Assembly: GCA_964036045.1 (NCBI GenBank)
Contig: OZ038378.1
Location: forward strand, 172,856,001-172,920,000
DNA: 64,000 bases
Reading direction: 5' to 3'
Origin: Eutreptiella sp. 'Long Island Sound 2002'
Taxonomy: Eukaryota > Protista > Euglenida
Positions 11,569 through 23,936 of the stretch are shown here, piece after piece. Below the pieces are notes generated by a model that saw only the letters and a program-made list of their open reading frames with translations, was not told the origin of the DNA and ran no database searches. Each line of letters opens with the position of its first letter. Within the stretch, counting starts at the first letter, position 1. A program made the position numbers and the translations under genes.

Positions 11569-14500
11569 CATACGTGATTCCCAGTTGGGGCTTGTGTCGG
11601 CTGCACGGCCCCCACAGGGGAGCCTAAGAGGCGTGGGGTGAGTACCCGTGACCCGTGGCCCAAAGACCTTCTGAATCGCCGCCCCGTAAGGGGGAGGTCA
11701 GTGGGGGTGGCAGGGGGAGCCCGATGCTGTAGCTCACACCCGCCCCTGAGTCGGTGGATGGGTCGGGGGTTGTGACAGTCCCTCCCGTCACTTTTTGCAC
11801 AGGTCCGCTCCTTTATGGGCCACCAAGGGGAGGTCCACGCAGTCGCGGCCGTGAACTCAGGAACGCTGATCTCCGCGGGGGACGACTGCACTTTGAAAGT
11901 CTGGGACGCTGCATCGGGAATCTGCTGCCACACGATGCGGGGGCACACCGCAGCCGTCGTGGCAGTGGCCGTCCTCAGTCGGCGTCGCGCAGTTTCTGCG
12001 AGCGATGACAGAACCCTGAGGGTGTGGGATCTGGAGCGTGGGACCTGCGTGCGCCGGCTGGAGGGCCACGAGGGCGAGGTCTGGACGGTTGCGGCGCTCG
12101 GGTCAATGATGGCGATCTCCGGAGGCGCGGATGATCACCTGAAGGTGTGGGCCCTCCCCAGAGAGTGGCTTGAGGGGAAGGGGCTCCGAAGGGGCTATGC
12201 AGTGGCAGTCGATCAAACAGTTGCTGCTGAGCAACGGAGCGGCGGGAGCTGGCCGTGGCGGCTACAAATCTGTTCGGCAGGAGTTGGGGCAGGGGGGCAG
12301 GGAATAACTGCAAAGTCTTTGTATGGGAACACCTTACCATCCATGGAAACAACTGAATATCAGTGGGTGCCAGCAAGACATGAGACAGGATAGCAGGATG
12401 AATGAACCATGTTGCAACAAACAGGCGTGTTTCCCAAGTCTTGGAAAAGGAGGTTGTGAGCGCAATAAGCGCAATGGGCAAGCAAGCGAAAATTCTGGGG
12501 TGCTAGCTCGGGGGTTACCGTGAGCAAAGGGGCGGAGGAGGCTGGGACAGACAAGGGTGGGATGCCAGCCAAGCAACAATGAAATGAAAATAGGGTAGGC
12601 CATAATATGTGTCTAGCTGCAATGGGGATTGCAATAGCTACACCACAAGATAATTTGAAGTAGAGAGGCGATGTCATGCAAAGGGGAGGTATGCTGGTAG
12701 GTTACGGTGTGCACAATGGTGCCTAGTTTCATTTTTTGTACAACTTGAGGGCATACAAGTGGAGTAGGTTTGCCAGTGAGTACTTCTGGTTGAAGACACA
12801 CACTTAGCATTAGCATGCCTCGGGCTGTGTGTGGTTCGGGGGGCAGGGTGTTGGGGGGCAGTTGGTTTTATGAGGGAGCGTAGAATGTCTATCTCACTGT
12901 TCACAACTGCATCCTTCTGCGTCCATGGCATCTATCCCACCCCCCATTCAAGAACATGTGTGTGCTCTTGTTTTTTTTCGTGTTCTTATTTGTTGCGTGT
13001 TCTCACGCTGAAAACCCCCTGTGCAGTGTTCCCGGCCCCTGTGTCTTCAAAAAATATGGCCCAGTCAAATATTCATGGCCCCTCTTTTTGGTTCGAGGAT
13101 GTTGTGGCTGCTAGAGATGAGGACGAGGCAGTTGTGGATGATTGCTATGGGGTAGCCACAAATGCCTCAAACTACCTGTTCGCATTAGTGGCGGGTCCCA
13201 CACACACTAGTGACAATGAGGACATTGAACATGATACAGTTGAATATTGCGATGATCAAGCTGGGTTCGAAGTCTCTGATCTACATGAGGATGGAGGGTG
13301 GAGGTTCCCGAGGATGTGCCTCCTATTGATGTCCTCCCTGTCATGCCGATGTCTATTCTGCTGGTGTTGCACAATCGATATGCACAATGGCAGGGCATCT
13401 CTGTGCCTTCATGGTCGGGGATGAAGGGTAGAGCCGGGATTCGCTGGAAAGAGTTGATGGGGACCCTCGTCTCCCTCCTAGTATTTCAAGTGTTCCACAC
13501 CATGAATCTTGTGCAACAAGACAACACTCCTACAGCCCACCCCCTTGGCTGTGGAGTCAAGTGAAAGAAAAAGAAATTTTTTCCTGTTTTTTTTCTTGTT
13601 ACTAGGTTGCGTGACAATAAAATGATAATAGGGGAAAACATGATTCTTTTTTTTTGAGCGTCAACGCGAGTTTTTTTTTGGGGGGGGGGGTCACTGCGGG
13701 CCCCGAGACGGCAAGGGCTGTTGTAGCTTTTTTTTCCTCATCCCCCACTGTGGGGACCCCAAGACGGTAGGGGTTATGTTCCCCATTTGATTCCTCTTGG
13801 ACCCCGAGACACATGCAGCCTTTTTGATCCTCCCTGCTCTAGGGATCCCAAGACAGCATGGCTCATGTAGCCCTTTTGATTCTTCCCCGGTTTGGCATAC
13901 TGAGATGGCGAGGGTTATGTAGCCCATTTTATCCCTCCCCACCTTGGGGACCCGGGATAGTAGGGATTATGCATCCCGTTAACCCCCCCTCCCCATCGCT
14001 CTGGGGACCCGAACACCTCTTGTTCCGTAGGAGGGCAATAGTTTCTGTTTTGGGTTGTAGAACCCTCTCACCATGTGCATTGTGGGATGCCACGGGTAGT
14101 TGCCAAAGAGGCATTCCCGCAACCGCAAAGCCCTTGGGATTACGTTTCGATGGTTGGGCTAGTGGCTATCAATCCTTGAGCTTGCCACAACAACTGCTGC
14201 AAGCACTGGCTGTGACACTAAAACAAAATTCAAATAGTGTTTGCACGTTGACACTCTCCTAAGCATGCCCCTAGCCTGCACAGAAGCTCTGGTGTTAGAT
14301 CTTTGTAGTGGGCAGCAGCCATTTTAGGTGACTGCTCAATGGGTTGACCACATAGGAGGGCGCCAACCACACGCAGGGGCGACCCTCTTACTTAGTTATG
14401 GGGCCTCTTTAGACCATTGGCATTTGTTTTATGGTAAGTGCCATTGAGATGGCCCCACATATGTATCAATACGGCTTGTGATATTCTACACGCACCCCTG

Positions 14501-17500
14501 ACCCCCATCCCTACTGAAGACTCCGCAGCATGGCCAGTACCTCTCCCCTGCCCCCCCTCCCCAACCCTCTACTGCGCTGCCAGTACTCAGAGCCCTGACA
14601 AAGCAACCAGGCAACCCGACTTGCTGTGCAACTCTTTAAGTGGTGGGGCTGTGTAATGTGTAGAGCTGTGCACGCAGGGCAGGGAGGGAGGCTGATGCCT
14701 ACAGTTTTGGGGAGAGGATAGTCTTTTCCATATTCCAGATCTCTTTGCTTTGGAATTCCGGCCCCCGTCTCTGATTTCCTCCCTCCTGGCCTTGGGACAC
14801 TTTCAGGTGTGGAACCTCGACAGTGGAGTCTGCCTTCACACCCTGTACGGCCACAAAGGGGGCGTCTGCTGTGTTGCAACCTTTGGGGACAGCTTCGTGG
14901 TCTCTGGTGGCGCAGACCACAATTTAAAAGTTTTCCCGCGGGATTTTTTGGTGGGGGCGGTCGCGACGCTTGAGGGCCACCAGGATTCGGTCACAGCTAT
15001 CACCAGCATCAACGACCGGTACGCCGTATCGGGCAGTGCAGACCGCAGCCTGCGTGTGTGGGACATCTTTGAGCGAGTGTGCATCTGCATGATGGTGCCG
15101 AAGTACGCCCGTGAGATCGTCCGCTCCGTGATCGTAGCCCACGTATGCTGTGCCATGCCATGCAATGCCAGTGATCTGCGATGCAGTGCTGTGCCATGCC
15201 ATGCAATACTAGTGACATGTGATGCTGTATCATGCAATGCTGTGCCATGCAGTGCAACGCTGTACGATGCAATACAATGTAATGCCATAGATTTGCCATG
15301 CAATGCAATGCAATACCATAGATTTGCGGTGCAATGCTGTGCCACGCCATTGGCGTGCTTTGCCATACAGTGCTTGTGCAATACACTGCCAATGCGGTGC
15401 CATGCAACGCAACACCAATGCTGTGCCGTGTAATTCTGTGCTTTGTTGTGCAGTGCTGTGCCATGCAAAGCCATGTTTGGCTGGCATTGAAATTCGGGAA
15501 TTCGGTACTTTGCCCTAGCTGCCCTGGCCCTGGGCTCTTCCAATGCCGTGTGCTATGCACTATGCAGTGCTGTGTGATGCTGCCATTGTCATCCTGTGCC
15601 GAGTCATCCTGCGCTCTGCAATTCCCTGCAGCGCGTGGTATCGAGCATTGCAGGTTGTGATGGGGAACGCCGAAGGCTGCTAAGGTTTGCATAGGGGTGG
15701 GACTGGTGAGGGTGGCCCTATGTTGAGCAGAATACAAGACAGGGGTTGCAGTGGGAGAGGGTTGGCGCTTGACGATGTCCAGTGCTGTGCGCTACGCAAT
15801 TCCATGCCATGTAATACAATTCAAGGAACGCAATGCAATGCAATGCAATGCAATGCAATGCAATCCAGCGTAGTAGTAGGGTGCAGCGTGCTTACCTTGT
15901 TCCATTATTCCCTTTGTGCTGTAAGGATGCAGAGCAGCTTCTCGCAATTTCCGGGGGCTCCACTGGGTCAGTACGGCAGTGGAGCCTAAGCGCACGCTTC
16001 CCGGATCTGTTGCCAGCACCCTTGCTCTGCATTCCTGAGCCCGACTGTCAGAGAAGCAGCTGTGGAACCGACAACGTGGTGACCGGGCTTCAAAAGATCT
16101 TCGAGGACAAGGCGGTCAACTGCTGCACCGAGGTTACAAACACGGCCATCCTCCAGCAGCAGGTACAGAGCCTTGAGGGTGCGGGTTTTGCACAGCAGAG
16201 GCGGCTTCTCTCTCCGTCCACCGGTTCACCCCCAGCAGGGCCTTGGTAGGACAAACACCCACTGCACACTGCATGGGCGGTGGATCCCTGAAACAACTGG
16301 CAAAATGCCTGACCATGCTGCGCAGCACTGATGGGTAACACTTGGTGATCCGGAACCCCCTGGCCCCGTGTTACAGTTCCCACATCGGTGGTGGTGAGCA
16401 CCGTCCAAACTCCGCAGTCTTGGGAAAGACTCTGTTTGGAGCATGCCGGCGCTGGCATGGGAGGGATGCCAAGGGGCAGACGCAGCGGGACAAGCGTCCC
16501 GCTCTAGTAAAATTAACTTTCCCCAGTCGCAGGCTGCCCACCTCTCACAGTTTCTTTGAGCCCACCCTCTTCAACCCCGACCCAATGACTGGGCACCCAA
16601 CCCACCTGTCCATGAGTGGAGGATTCCCTCCTCAAAAGGTGAACACGTGCGTACATCCGGAAGTACAAACCGGTACTCTTTCAGCCTTTGTGGCACACAC
16701 ACCCCAGCCCTATGTGGAGCTGCAGTGAGTGTGATGACCTCTGGCAAGCCTCACCAGTCCCAACACCTACAATGGAGGTCCCATTCTTTCGTCTGGTGGC
16801 TTGACCCCGACCTCATGCATCATGTCTCGGACTATGTTCCCCCGCCGCTGTGTCTTGGACATCCCAGGCACCCAAGAGGGCGTTCGAGGCTGTTATGTGG
16901 AAACAATGGCTGCAACCGCTGGTGGGTGAGCGCAGACTGACTGCTTTGCGTAGGCCCAGCCCCCCCCAGTCGGGACCATCTAGTGATATGGTTGTGTGTG
17001 TGAGTGAGTATGTGAGCACAGGTCAGGTACACACTCAAGTGTCGGGCTTCACTTCTGAGACACCCTGACAGGTCAGCCGTGGTGCCGTCAGGTAAGGCGC
17101 TTCAGGTGGTTTCAAGACTGGTTGTAAACACACATCACATCTCCCCCAACCCAACTAGACAACCTACACCATTTTTATATTCCCCACCCCTCCCCACCCA
17201 AATCAATGCGTACACCCAGTAGTACTAACCGGCACACTTACTCAACCTTACGGCATCCCCCCCCCCCCACACACATAAGGCCCCCTGGACCTCACCTTGA
17301 TCCACAACCAGGTCATACAAAAGACATGACACCGGACACCGGTTGCATTGCATGGTGCTCTACTGGTCTTTATGGAAAACCCCCAACCCGTTCCTCCCCT
17401 TCTTCTTTCCCGACCTCCACGCCCGTTCGCTGAGAACTTAAGCGTTACGTCGTGGGTCCGATTCCTTTCCTCGTGTAGAATATGCTTGGGCTCTCGTGGT

Positions 17501-18556
17501 ATGCGACTTGAGCAGCGACGGAAGATCACTACTCTGGATGGCCTGTGGAGGCCTCAATCCAGACCCACGCCCCCAGTGCGTTGAGTGTCAGTCGGCCCGG
17601 TCTTTGAGAGGCTCTCTTCTTTTCCCTCCCCCGCTCCCTCCCACCTTCCCCTCTTCCATTGCTGCCAGGAACAAAGCTACATCTTGGGGCTCAGGGCGCA
17701 GCTCGACGCCTTGAGGCAGGACGCAGACAAGCTCCAGGCGCAGCTGCGGGCGGCCGAGACCGCGAAGCAACTGCAGGAAACCTACGTCTTGGGGATCCAG
17801 GCAGAGCTTGAGGCGCAGATGCAGGACAACGGACTGCTCCAGACCCAAGTGCGGCGAATGGAGACCATCATCAAAGGGCAGGCCAGCGAGATCGAAACCT
17901 TGAAAAACCACAGCCCGGCCCAAGCCAGCCTGGCCCCTCCCCTGAAATCCGGATCCAGAGTCATCGAGTCGCCAAGCACCAGAGCTGGGACCGCCAACGG
18001 CATGGATGCACACCCGCAGCCACCGCCGCGGCCCTCGGCTCCTGCTTCCGCCGGTGTCGCGGGCGCCCCGGGACCGGGCCCGGCCTGCGGCGCGCAGCCC
18101 GTTGCCGCAGTCAACGGAGGCCGGGCCCCAGCCCCAGCTCATCCCACCGGCAGTCGCCCCTCCGAACACCACGGCACCGCCGCTGAGCTCACGCTGGAGG
18201 CCCTCCTGGGGTGCATGGCCAGCCATCAGGCCGCTTCCGAAGATCCCCCGCAGGGCAGTGCCGTGATCAGTGGCCTGGATGTCAAGGAGCTGCTGTCAGG
18301 GCAGTGGGACCAGTGGGACCGGCAGGGGGGCGGGGCCGCGGGCAGGAAGGCGGAGTGGTGCGAGGACTGGATCCTGACGGGCATGGGCGGGGCCGCGGGC
18401 GGCTGGGGTCAGTGGGAGCCGGAGGTCGGTGGGGAGGGGAACAAACCGCACGGCCATGCCCCTGGGCTGGTGGGGCCCGCCCTGCTCGCGGGCGCAGCAG
18501 CCGCCGCGCCGCTGCCCCCGGCGCCAGTGGGGCACTGGGGGTTTCGGGCGCACTAG
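10537..18556 (+). CDS. WD40-repeat protein (7 blades) with C-terminal coiled coil and Pro/Ala-rich tail, about 671 aa; exons 10537-10749, 11803-12144, 14807-15142, 15926-16162, 17669-18556
   Basis: All four introns are GT-AG and phase 0. Five GH...(W)D repeats plus two degenerate ones, e.g. GHQGEVHAV..LISAGDDCTLKVWD, GHTAAVVAV..VSASDDRTLRVWD, GHQDSVTAI..VSGSADRSLRVWD. Heptad-like segment LRAQLDALRQDADKLQAQL. Polypyrimidine-AG at 10467 lies upstream of the first ATG. The exact start (10537, 10552 or 10567) and the last exon's end are uncertain. Confidence 0.9.
11001..11640. repeat. (CA)n/(GA)n microsatellites with a duplicated adjacent block in WD40 intron 1
   Basis: (GA)n at about 11030, 11228 and 11546. 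ATTCCCAG..GGGCTTG.GTCGGCTGCA..CCCC.ACAGGGGAGCCT at 11284 and 11577. Confidence 0.85.
13730..14010. repeat. Degenerate approx. 60-bp tandem repeat (GGGGACCCC...GGGTTATGT motif)
   Basis: Four to five decayed units. The same motif occurs in the 170-bp unit and at 63354. Confidence 0.7.
15146..15520. repeat. TGCCA/TGCAA pentamer-based minisatellite; also (AATGC)n at 15805-15865
   Basis: Visible periodic GTGCCATGC(A/C)ATGCAAT; it produces the spurious Cys/His-rich ORFs. Confidence 0.9.
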
Positions 18557-21242
18557 GATGGGTTGGGGGCTCGCGTGGATGGGGGAGGGAGTCGGGGGGC
18601 GTCCTCTGATGTAGCGATACCGGCGGCAGCTCTGTGATCAAAACGCAGCGACCGCAGAGCCAAGTTGCCAACCTTTCTGTTTGGGGTACCGAATGGCTAC
18701 TGAACACCGGGTTGGCATGGGCAGACAGACGGCAGTGGTCGCTCGACGGTCGGTGGGTACCGGACGTCGGTTGGTGACACCCCTTGACGCCATAAAGACC
18801 CCACTGATGTCAAACCAAATCCCCACGGACACTCTTGGCATGAACTACACAGCATTGGACCCTTCTACATTGCCTCGGGCACCCTGGATGCTCGGTCACT
18901 TGTTGTCAGCCCAAAGGGATGTAAAAGGATGCACATGGCGCTTGCCACTCCCCCTGATGGCCTCTGTGAAGTTGTGTGGAACCAAATTTCTGGCGCCTTT
19001 TGGGCATCGTAGCTTTGACCATTTTGCGTCTTACAACAGTTGTATCGACCAGCGGGCGTCGCCCTGTTCATTTTTTACGCGTCTGCTGCCTTTTGCGCAC
19101 GGGGCACATTGTCCAAGTTGGGCACCGCAAATGCCAGCGGCTTTGTGTGTTGGCTGTGGTTTGGCATGAGGGCGCTGGTTGGGGATGGGGTTTGTTTGCT
19201 TTTGCTGTGCGTTGTGGGCTGTCTGAAGGGGTGCACGTGTGCCGCACCCATCTCCAAAGGCTCCAGCTTCGGCATCATTGTCCTGAGCACGTGTCCGTCC
19301 GCCGCCCGGTGTGCCCGCAGTGGTGGGGGGGGGGAGCCAGCTGTCAACGCCACAGATATACTGCTGGGTCCAAAATCGCAAGACCGTGTCTTGAAATTGC
19401 GAAGTTGAAACGTCCAGTAGTAACTCGGGACGAAGTGCGTGTGGGAGTCCGTAGGAATCCTACGTTAGGGCGCGCCCCGGGCGCCCTGCAGCCCCCCCAA
19501 GCCCCAACCCCCCAAGCCCCCCGTAAGGTCACGCACAAACAAGGGCCCCGTCCGAGCAACACCGGGTACCGTTCCGGGTGGCATTCCATGAGGCAATGGT
19601 AGCCCTAAGGCCACCAGATGCTCCAACTCAGCAGACCCTTTGTCTTTCCGAGAGACCCCCCTCTGCCCTACCATGGCCCCCTCGGCCCCAGAGGCGCCCT
19701 TCACTCATTCTGTAGTCATTGAAAGATGTCCCGTACCTCCCTTTGGATGTGCGCAAGTAGGCGCTCTTTGGCACAGGTATTGATAGCATTTGGCGTGGGC
19801 CTGACCGTTGAGGGTGAATGGATAGCCTTGGATCCGGGCAGCGCTCAGACTGAGCTTCTGACCGGTGAAGGCCATGGCAGGCAACCTCGCGCCAGGAGGA
19901 TGCTGTGCAATACACTACAGAATGATGTCTGGGATCTAAGCACCTCTCGAAATTGTTATGCCTTCGCGCAACCCCTCCTGCCAATTTATAACGGCTTCTT
20001 TTTAACACAAAACCAACAGAGCACTTGGAATCTGATGTTTCTCCCTCACAAGTGGCTTTCAGAAGATGCAGTTTTGCCAGGGATGGGATGGGATCTTCCG
20101 GTGGGGTCTGGCATCTCCGTCGCGGCTTTTGTGCATGCACTGGATGGGTCGCCAGAGGGATCTTGTCCACTTCTTTTTGGGCTCTTTGAGGTGCAGTCTC
20201 AAATTGCTTTATTAAAGACAGTGGTGGCCGTTCCTGCATGACGGCACGCTGAATGAAGAGGAGAGCTCCAATCGACCATTGCAGGTGAGTGTACCCGTGT
20301 AGCTCGTGCAAAGCACGCAATGCATTGTGCACAGGCAACAGCAGCAGCACCGGATGTTTCACTGACACCCAGTGCTGTGCTTTCAAGGTTCCTGGCCACA
20401 GATCGCGATTTGCCCAAGGAAACATCGCGAAATTGGGTTGGGCTTGAATTTTCAGAGGAGTGATGATTACGAGTGCTGTGCCTGTGTGCTCCGCAGGCAT
20501 GGCAGGCTCAAGAGCAACCGCTTTAGTGAGTGTTGTGTGCTTCGGGTCAGATCCACCCGGGCAGGCCAGTGCCATCGGGCCCCCACCAATACAGGGCACC
20601 CCGTCCCATGGGGACGGTGCCATCTGCATGAGGCAGCAGCACCACTGCCCTACACGCGCGCGCGCGTCCGCATTGTTCCCGGCTTCAGAGTGTCACGTGC
20701 CCTCTCCCCCCCTCTCTTGCCCTCTGCGGTGGTGGCGCTTTTCCCTACTTCGAGTGTCCGAGCGGGATCAGTTCATGCCGGTCAGCAGCCCTTCCGTCGG
20801 ACGCCCATGGGGTCGGCTGATGGACGGTACCGTGCTGGCCGCCCGAGTTGGCCTGCACAGTTGTGTCACGTCTATATTGTATCGTTAGAAGCCCTGCCGC
20901 CGAGGCGGTTTTTCAATTGTTGGGGGCGTTTCAGGATTTGGGACCTGGCGTCCCACATCAAGGACATTCGATGGCAGGGCCAGCATTTGCTTCGCACGAA
21001 GTTCGTCGCCCTCCCCCCCGCCCCCCACCCTCCCTCCCTCCTTCACCCAAGCCTACGCATTGTTCAAGCTTCCCTGCCGTATTTTTTTCGGAATTATTTC
21101 GGTACCTGTTTCAGTGTCGCCACCAGAGGGCACCTCTATGGTCCAACACTCAACTCAACTCAATTGCGCGGCTGTAGACCGTCAGTTTGATTTCGTTTGT
21201 GCATTTCGTGCACTCCTCCCGAGCCGCATTGTCACACGCCAC

Positions 21243-21563
21243 ATGACCAGCAACGACGTTCCGTTCAATGGGCACTGGCACGCTTTGGATTACGCGTAAG
21301 CAACGCCGTGTCGAAGCTGCGCCCCCCCCCCCCCCCCCAGCTTGTCCGTGACTTGGGCAAAGAAGGGGGCAGGGTTAGGCAACCCCATCCCGTTGCCGGT
21401 CATTGCCTTGTGCGCTAGCACAATACGGGCGGTAGTCGGACAGAAAGGGGCGGTGAGGTGAAGATCGAGGCTGTCAGTCAAGTGCCTCAGTGAAGGGTTG
21501 CAGAAGTTGCTATTTTGTGTGTGCGTGAATGCGGTTGTGTGGTTGTGCTTGCACCCCGCGCGC

Positions 21564-21594
<31 letters not shown>

Positions 21595-22020
21595 TGTGTG
21601 TCGAACATGCTCTGTCTTGTTGGATGGCCAACTGACGAGGAGATTCACACTCGGACTTTGCGTTGTGCTCGTCTGTTTGTTGACAATCGTGTGCGTGTGT
21701 GTGTGTGTGTGTGTGTTTTCGAGTGCCAAGACCTGCTCTAGGCTTTCAATTGTACCGCTGTACCGCTGCACGTAAGCTACGCTGGCCTGCGCATAGAGCT
21801 GCATGGCCCGTAGCTTGTCCCTGGTTGGGCTGGTTGATTCAGAGGGATGAGCTGGATGCTGGATCCGCTCTGTTCGAGGGGCTGGAGGACGGAGAGAAAA
21901 TGAAGTCAGGTTTTGATCCCCATGCCTTGTCAGTGGGCGTGCATGGCAGAGTATCCACTGAAGTTTTCCGGGGATCTCCTCAGGCTCTGATTCTGTATAC
22001 AGGAGCGAGGCGGTTGGTCC
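21243..22020 (+). CDS. Candidate 5' exons of an unresolved gene (21243-21295, 21845-22020); product unknown
   Basis: ATG at 21243, strong donor GC|GTAAGC at 21296, phase-compatible AG at 21844, protein-like DELDAGSALFEGLEDGEKMKSGFDPHALSVG, donor GTATGC at 22021. Downstream exons were not found and no domain was recognised. Confidence 0.35.
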
Positions 22021-22341
22021 GTATGCAAAGAGACGACATGGTTTTCATGTCAAAATTTGCATGCTTTTCCCAACGGGTGGCGGCGCCGCGCGCGTCAGGT
22101 GCGGCGGCTTGGCCACCCTCGAGAGGGAGCCTGCCGAGCATGGGGTTCGCGGTGGGGCTGTGACAGGGGGGGACCCGAATATGGCGGCAGGAGGCCCGCA
22201 GTCCGGGCACGCGCGCGCCTCGGACGACTCAACGTGACCTGGGAGGCCGGGTCCTTCCGTCGCGCCGCAATCCGCGGGGCGGGCGGGGAGGGATAGCGCA
22301 GGCACTCAGCCAGCCCTAACCCGCTAACTCCCTTCCCAAGC

Positions 22342-22492
22342 GTCCAGGATTTTAGGAGACGCCCGCCCTTGTCAGTAGTACACGTCCAGGACTTTAAAAG
22401 CCACCAGCTCTCGTTAGTAGTACAGGACATTACTAGCCAGGTGCCCTTGTTAGTAGCACACAGGACTTTAATCGGCCTTGTTAGTAGCACAG
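22342..22492. repeat. Four degenerate copies of CCCTTGTTAGTAG(C/T)ACA..GGACTTTA
   Basis: Direct inspection. Confidence 0.75.
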
Positions 22493-23600
22493 AGCATGCA
22501 CAAACATACACACACACACACATGTACATATACGCCCATGCACGCCCAACACAACAATGACATGCCTTACTGTTTGCGCACACAGGCTGAATTCAGGAGC
22601 ACCTTGTGTGTGCAGCATCCCTCATCCCTGTTGCTCTTTTCTCTCCTTGCAATCTGTGGATAATGTCAGCGCAAAGTGGTGACCATATCCATCCAGGAGG
22701 ACCTTGCGGGCCGATGCAGGCAGCAGTTCAGGAAGTGCCCAAGGACCAGCACCCCAGGCCTCTGGACTCAAACTACCAGATCTGCACCCCTCCCCTATGT
22801 CCCGCTGCCGAGCCTGAACTTTTTGAGCAGTGTGACCAACCCCATGGCGGTTGGTGCACTTTACCAACGTGAGCCGGTTCATCGCACACCGCTGTTGTGT
22901 TGCCTCGGCCTTCAGTCGTTCTCGTGCTCTGGAAGCACACTGGCGTGGCAGTTCCCATTTTATTTCCGGGATCAGATGCAGCTCTCCTCCCGGCTTATTA
23001 TGCTCGTTACCGTATTGCTTTGTGGGACAATCGCAGCATTGGGCAGCTCTGATCATTGGTCCAAGAGCTCGAGTACCATCTGGCTCTGACGGAATCTCTG
23101 AAGGGAAAAGGGGTGATTGGACTCCACTAAATGCAGCTACAGACTGCTCACCAGCTTCGACGACACAGCAGCATGAAGCGATGCGCCATCAAGAGCGATT
23201 GTATCCAAAGGCAATGGATATGAAAATACTGGTCCCCACCCTCCAACGTGATGCAGCACAAGTGCATCGTTAGTCAATCTCGAACTGCAGTGGCGGGCGT
23301 TCATTGTGCATCCATGTACAAGATATGCCTCTCGTTTTGACAGAAGTCTTGGCCTGGGACCCCTGGGCTTCGGGTTCACCTGGGGCTGGTATATGGGGGT
23401 GCTTTCACATGCACCCCGATGTCATCCCTCGACGGTACAGGGTGGGTGGGGGTCAAAAGTGCGGAGCGAGGATGTTGTAAATATTTCAAAAGGGCACTGT
23501 GAGACCCTTTGGGGGTGTTGCCTGAACCGTGCGCGCACCGTGCGCGCACCGTGCACGCACCGTGCGTCCTTTTGCGTATTCTGTGTCCACCAGATCCACA

Positions 23601-23936
23601 ATGCCTGATTCTGAGCTGCCCTGGCTTGTCGCCGGACTGCCTGTGTACTACCACCGCTCCAACGGGGATAGGGTGTCGGCCACTGTCGTTGACCCTTCTC
23701 CAAGAGGTGGGCGTCGCGTCTCTATTCGGTACGCATTGGGTGGTGAAGAGGTCTTGTACGAGCATGCACCCGAGGAGCGGTTGGAGTTTGCAATTGTGAC
23801 TGCTGAGAGCCCCGATTCCCCCCAACCTGTGCACCATGAGGCGCCGATGGACGCTTTGCTGGAGCCCCAATTACCTGAAGTGGAAGTTGAAGCCCCTAGA
23901 ATTGATGATCATGAGCCAGAATGCTGTGGCGGATGA
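23601..23936 (+). CDS. Small intronless ORF (111 aa), Tudor/SH3-like beta barrel plus acidic tail, inside a repeat cassette
   Basis: MPDSELPWLVAGLPVYYHRSNGDRVSATVVDPSPRGGRRVSIRYALGGEEVLYEHAPEERL has alternating beta-strand character. A pyrimidine-rich AG acceptor (CCACCAG, 23593) sits 7 nt before the ATG. The fold assignment is inference. Confidence 0.45.
   Translation: MPDSELPWLVAGLPVYYHRSNGDRVSATVVDPSPRGGRRVSIRYALGGEEVLYEHAPEERLEFAIVTAESPDSPQPVHHEAPMDALLEPQLPEVEVEAPRIDDHEPECCGG

Noticed and set aside
14836-15737. Long Cys/His-rich ORFs on both strands
   Set aside because: They are translations of the pentamer minisatellite in WD40 intron 3.
19628-20629. 333-aa minus-strand ORF, and alternative + strand mini-exons around the GTGAGT donor at 20285
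   Set aside because: No recognisable motif; I could not build a coherent gene on either strand.
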